Shown here in pieces: positions 61,282 to 64,000 of a stretch of 64,000 nucleotides of DNA. A program made the position numbers and the translations under genes. A model generated the notes under the pieces. That model did not search any database. It had not been told where the DNA came from and saw only the letters and a list, made by a program, of their open reading frames with translations. Positions within the stretch are counted from its first letter, which is position 1. Each line of letters begins with the position of its first letter. Source of the stretch: Longimicrobiales bacterium (lineage in GTDB: Bacteria; Gemmatimonadota; Gemmatimonadetes; Longimicrobiales; Gaopeijiaceae); the NCBI GenBank assembly GCA_963664435.2, contig CAXXKM010000002.1, forward strand, positions 512,001 through 576,000, in the 5' to 3' direction.

Positions 61282-62208
61282 ATGACAAATGGGGAGACGC
61301 GGCGGGGTTCATCCGCTCAAGCAGGTGTGGATGACGGGGAGGTGCGCGGTGTGTCCAGGATCGTCTTCGGGGACAACCTCGAGGTGCTCCGGGGGCTGCC
61401 GGACGGGCTGGCCGACCTCATCTACGTCGATCCGCCCTTCAACACGGGCAGGGTTCAGGAGCACACGCGCCTCCGGACGACACGCTCCCCGAACGGCGAC
61501 CGCACGGGCTTCAAGGGCGAGCGCTACCGGACCACGTCGCTTGGCACGCAGCGCTTCCGCGACAGCTTCGACGACTACCTGGGCTTCCTGGAGCCGAGAC
61601 TCATCGAAGCGCACCGCGTCCTGGCCCCGCACGGGTCGCTCTACTTCCACATCGACTACCGGGAGGTCCACCGCTGCCGCTTCCTGCTGGACGAACTGTT
61701 CGGGCGGGACAATCTGCTGAACGAGATCATCTGGGCCTACGATTTCGGCGCGAGACCGAAGACGCGATGGCCGGCGAAGCACGACAACATCCTGTTCTAC
61801 GTCAAGAACCTGTCGGACTACGTCTTCGACGTGGACGCCATCGAGAGAATCCCGTACATGGCTCCGGGGCTGGTCGGGCCCGAGAAGGCCGCGCGCGGAA
61901 AGCTGCCCACCGATACCTGGTGGCACACCATCGTGCCCACCAGCGGCGCCGAGCGAACCGGGTATCCCACTCAAAAGCCGCTGGGCATCCTCCGGCGCAT
62001 GGTGACGGCTTCTTCCCGTCCCGGAGATCTGGTGCTGGACTTCTTCGCGGGAAGCGGCACCACGGGGATGGCGGCGCACGAACTGGGACGCAGGTTCCTC
62101 CTCGTAGACGACAATTCTGAAGCGCTCGAAGTAATGGCGCAGCGATTCGCGGCGGTGCCCGGCGTTCGCTGGGAGGGTTTCGACCCGAGAAATCCACAGG
62201 CCAAATGA
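61282..62208 (+). CDS. Site-specific DNA methyltransferase (N6/N4, beta class), apparently orphan
   Basis: DPPF catalytic motif precedes YPTQKP and DFFAGSGTT. Confidence 0.92.
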   Translation: MTNGETRRGSSAQAGVDDGEVRGVSRIVFGDNLEVLRGLPDGLADLIYVDPPFNTGRVQEHTRLRTTRSPNGDRTGFKGERYRTTSLGTQRFRDSFDDYLGFLEPRLIEAHRVLAPHGSLYFHIDYREVHRCRFLLDELFGRDNLLNEIIWAYDFGARPKTRWPAKHDNILFYVKNLSDYVFDVDAIERIPYMAPGLVGPEKAARGKLPTDTWWHTIVPTSGAERTGYPTQKPLGILRRMVTASSRPGDLVLDFFAGSGTTGMAAHELGRRFLLVDDNSEALEVMAQRFAAVPGVRWEGFDPRNPQAK

Positions 62209-62678
62209 ACGATATGCCACACACCATGCACGATGACCGGCGGGACCGGAACGAGACATCCGCGGCTGCGGCGGATGGCGATTCCAGGGGTTCCGACCGA
62301 GAGCCCGAAGACGTCCACGGGGTACCCGATGCGACCTTGGGCGGCTACCTGGATACCCACGACCGGCCACCGGCCTTCGAGGGCGCCGACGGGCACCCGT
62401 ACACGGTGTCGCTCGAGGTGGAGCAGACGCCGGATCTGCGCGCGCCTTATGTCGGCTACCTGGTGTTTCCGCGCTGGGCCGCCACCGGGCTTGGCGTGAT
62501 CGGACACGTGCAGACGCCGGTGCTTTGCCGCGAGCGGGGACGCACCGCCACCGAGGACCGGCTGCGCGAGCTTTCGCTGGACCGGGTGAAGTCGTTGCTC
62601 GACGAGGGGATCGAGCGCGCGGGAGACGAAGCGGGTGGTGAGCCGCGGCCCGATCCATACTCGTTCGGATCGGAATGA
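62205..62678 (+). CDS. Hypothetical protein
   Basis: ATGA overlaps with both neighbours; TLGGY..HDRPPAFEG.DG.PYTV. Confidence 0.75.
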   Translation: MNDMPHTMHDDRRDRNETSAAAADGDSRGSDREPEDVHGVPDATLGGYLDTHDRPPAFEGADGHPYTVSLEVEQTPDLRAPYVGYLVFPRWAATGLGVIGHVQTPVLCRERGRTATEDRLRELSLDRVKSLLDEGIERAGDEAGGEPRPDPYSFGSE

Positions 62679-63340
62679 AGGACTCTCTCCGCGTAACCGA
62701 GATCTTCCACTCGATCCAGGGGGAGTCGACCTGGGCGGGGATGCCGTGCACCTTCGTACGGCTCACCGGCTGCCCCCTTCGCTGCGTCTGGTGCGACACG
62801 GCCTACGCGTTCAGCGGCGGGGAGCGCATGTCGTTCGACGACATACTGGCCGCGGTGGGCGCGCACGGGTGCAAGCTGGTCGAACTCACGGGCGGGGAGC
62901 CGCTCGCCCAGGCAGGGGCCTACACCCTGGTGGACCGGCTGCTGGACGAAGGGTTCACCGTCCTGGTGGAAACGTCCGGGGCCATCGATGTCGGGCCGCT
63001 CGATCGGCGCGCGCACAAGATCATGGACCTCAAGTGCCCGGGATCGGGCGAGGTCGCGCGCAATCGGTGGTCGAACCTCGATCACCTGACCGCCCGGGAC
63101 GAAGTGAAGTTCGTGGTCGGGGATCGCGCGGACTACGAGTGGGCTCGGGACGTCATCGTCGAGCGCGGCCTCGCGGACCGCATCCGGGACGGGTCGCTCA
63201 ACGCGCTCCTGATGTCGCCGGTGTGGGGAGACACCGACCTCGAGGCACTCGCCCGCCGGATCCTGGAGGACGGGTTGCCGGTCCGCTTCCAGACGCAACT
63301 GCACAAGCACATCTGGGGCGCGGACGTCAAGGGGGTCTGA
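62675..63340 (+). CDS. queE: 7-carboxy-7-deazaguanine synthase (radical SAM)
   Basis: EIFHSIQGE, GCPLRCVWCDT, TGGEP, QLHKHIW. Confidence 0.93.
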   Translation: MKDSLRVTEIFHSIQGESTWAGMPCTFVRLTGCPLRCVWCDTAYAFSGGERMSFDDILAAVGAHGCKLVELTGGEPLAQAGAYTLVDRLLDEGFTVLVETSGAIDVGPLDRRAHKIMDLKCPGSGEVARNRWSNLDHLTARDEVKFVVGDRADYEWARDVIVERGLADRIRDGSLNALLMSPVWGDTDLEALARRILEDGLPVRFQTQLHKHIWGADVKGV

Positions 63341-63415
63341 GGGCACCGCCCCGCAGTTTCGTCCCCGTCCCATTTCTCTGCTCCCGGACGTGCATGGCCT
63401 TGCGGCGTCCGGCGA

Positions 63416-63790
63416 TCAGGTGCAGGCCGGGCAACGCCCGAAGAGGATCACCTCGTGGTCATCGACCTCGAAGCCCTCCGGAGCCAGGTCCTCCACTGCC
63501 TCGGGGCAACGGTGGATATCGAACGCCTTTTCGCAGGCGCGGCACATGAAATGGTGATGGTGAGGCCGAGCCGCCAGCTCGTAGCGCATGCCACTCCCGG
63601 GGAGTTCCACTTCAGTGAGCCAACCCTTCTCAGCCAGGATTTTGACGTTTCGGTACACCGTCGCCAGCCCGAGCGTGGGCGCGTGCGCCTGAGCGCGTTC
63701 GAGAACGTCGTCTGGCGTCAGCGGGCCCGCAACGTCGAGGAAGACGGCACGGATGGCCCGTCGCTGCCGGGTATCTCGTTGGGGGTGCAT
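63416..63790 (-). CDS. Fur-family transcriptional regulator
   Basis: TRQR, LATVYRN, HHHHFMCRAC, GRCPAC. Confidence 0.92.
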   Translation of the reverse strand: MHPQRDTRQRRAIRAVFLDVAGPLTPDDVLERAQAHAPTLGLATVYRNVKILAEKGWLTEVELPGSGMRYELAARPHHHHFMCRACEKAFDIHRCPEAVEDLAPEGFEVDDHEVILFGRCPACT

Positions 63791-64000
63791 GGTGTCCTTC
63801 GTCGGGGGCGAAGCGGCTCGAGTCATGCAGGACGATAACCGCCGTCGCCTGCATGTCGATACCCCGAATTGTCAACAGGCTTTGGCGCGACAGAGCCGGG
63901 CGCTCCACAGCATGCCCCCGGCAATCAGGAGGCTCCCCACGGGAGACGTGACGATTTCCGGGGCGGGCTCGAACCAACCGGCCAGAGAAGCAGCCCAGAT

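Noticed and set aside
58362..63340. Dpd 7-deazaguanine DNA modification island
   Set aside because: No dpdA/dpdB or tgt paralogue is present, and queG is tRNA-specific.

Overview
High-GC bacterial DNA. The gene content (DUF1592/DUF1552/ankyrin trio, many secreted BNR, LVIVD and peptidase proteins) suggests Gemmatimonadota; this is inference only. Most of the window is ordinary: secreted hydrolases, thiC, ggt, a peptidoglycan-recycling cluster (spmA-spmB-CPBP-mpl-ldcA), a TonB-dependent receptor, queG/queE, an orphan DNA methyltransferase, Fur, and a DUF222/HNH element flanked by repeat arrays. The main signal is in the first 480 nt and is missed by the ORF track. The minus strand carries the 5' end of a type I-G (I-U) cas7/csb1 gene (MTELTF...RLTLQPAGGAGDKVFPPT) running off the left edge. 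Upstream of it lies a non-coding cassette, in order: a degenerate I-G repeat ending CCTCATTGAAGC; a spacer-like guide matching a TTC-flanked site in the adjacent AT-rich region (14/17, with mismatches at positions 6, 9, 12 and then 18); a second repeat-like hairpin; and a full tRNA-like cloverleaf with a 31-nt structured insert in its anticodon loop. This resembles a CreA/CreR-type crRNA-like regulator fused to a tRNA mimic, a candidate undescribed CRISPR-controlled RNA module.
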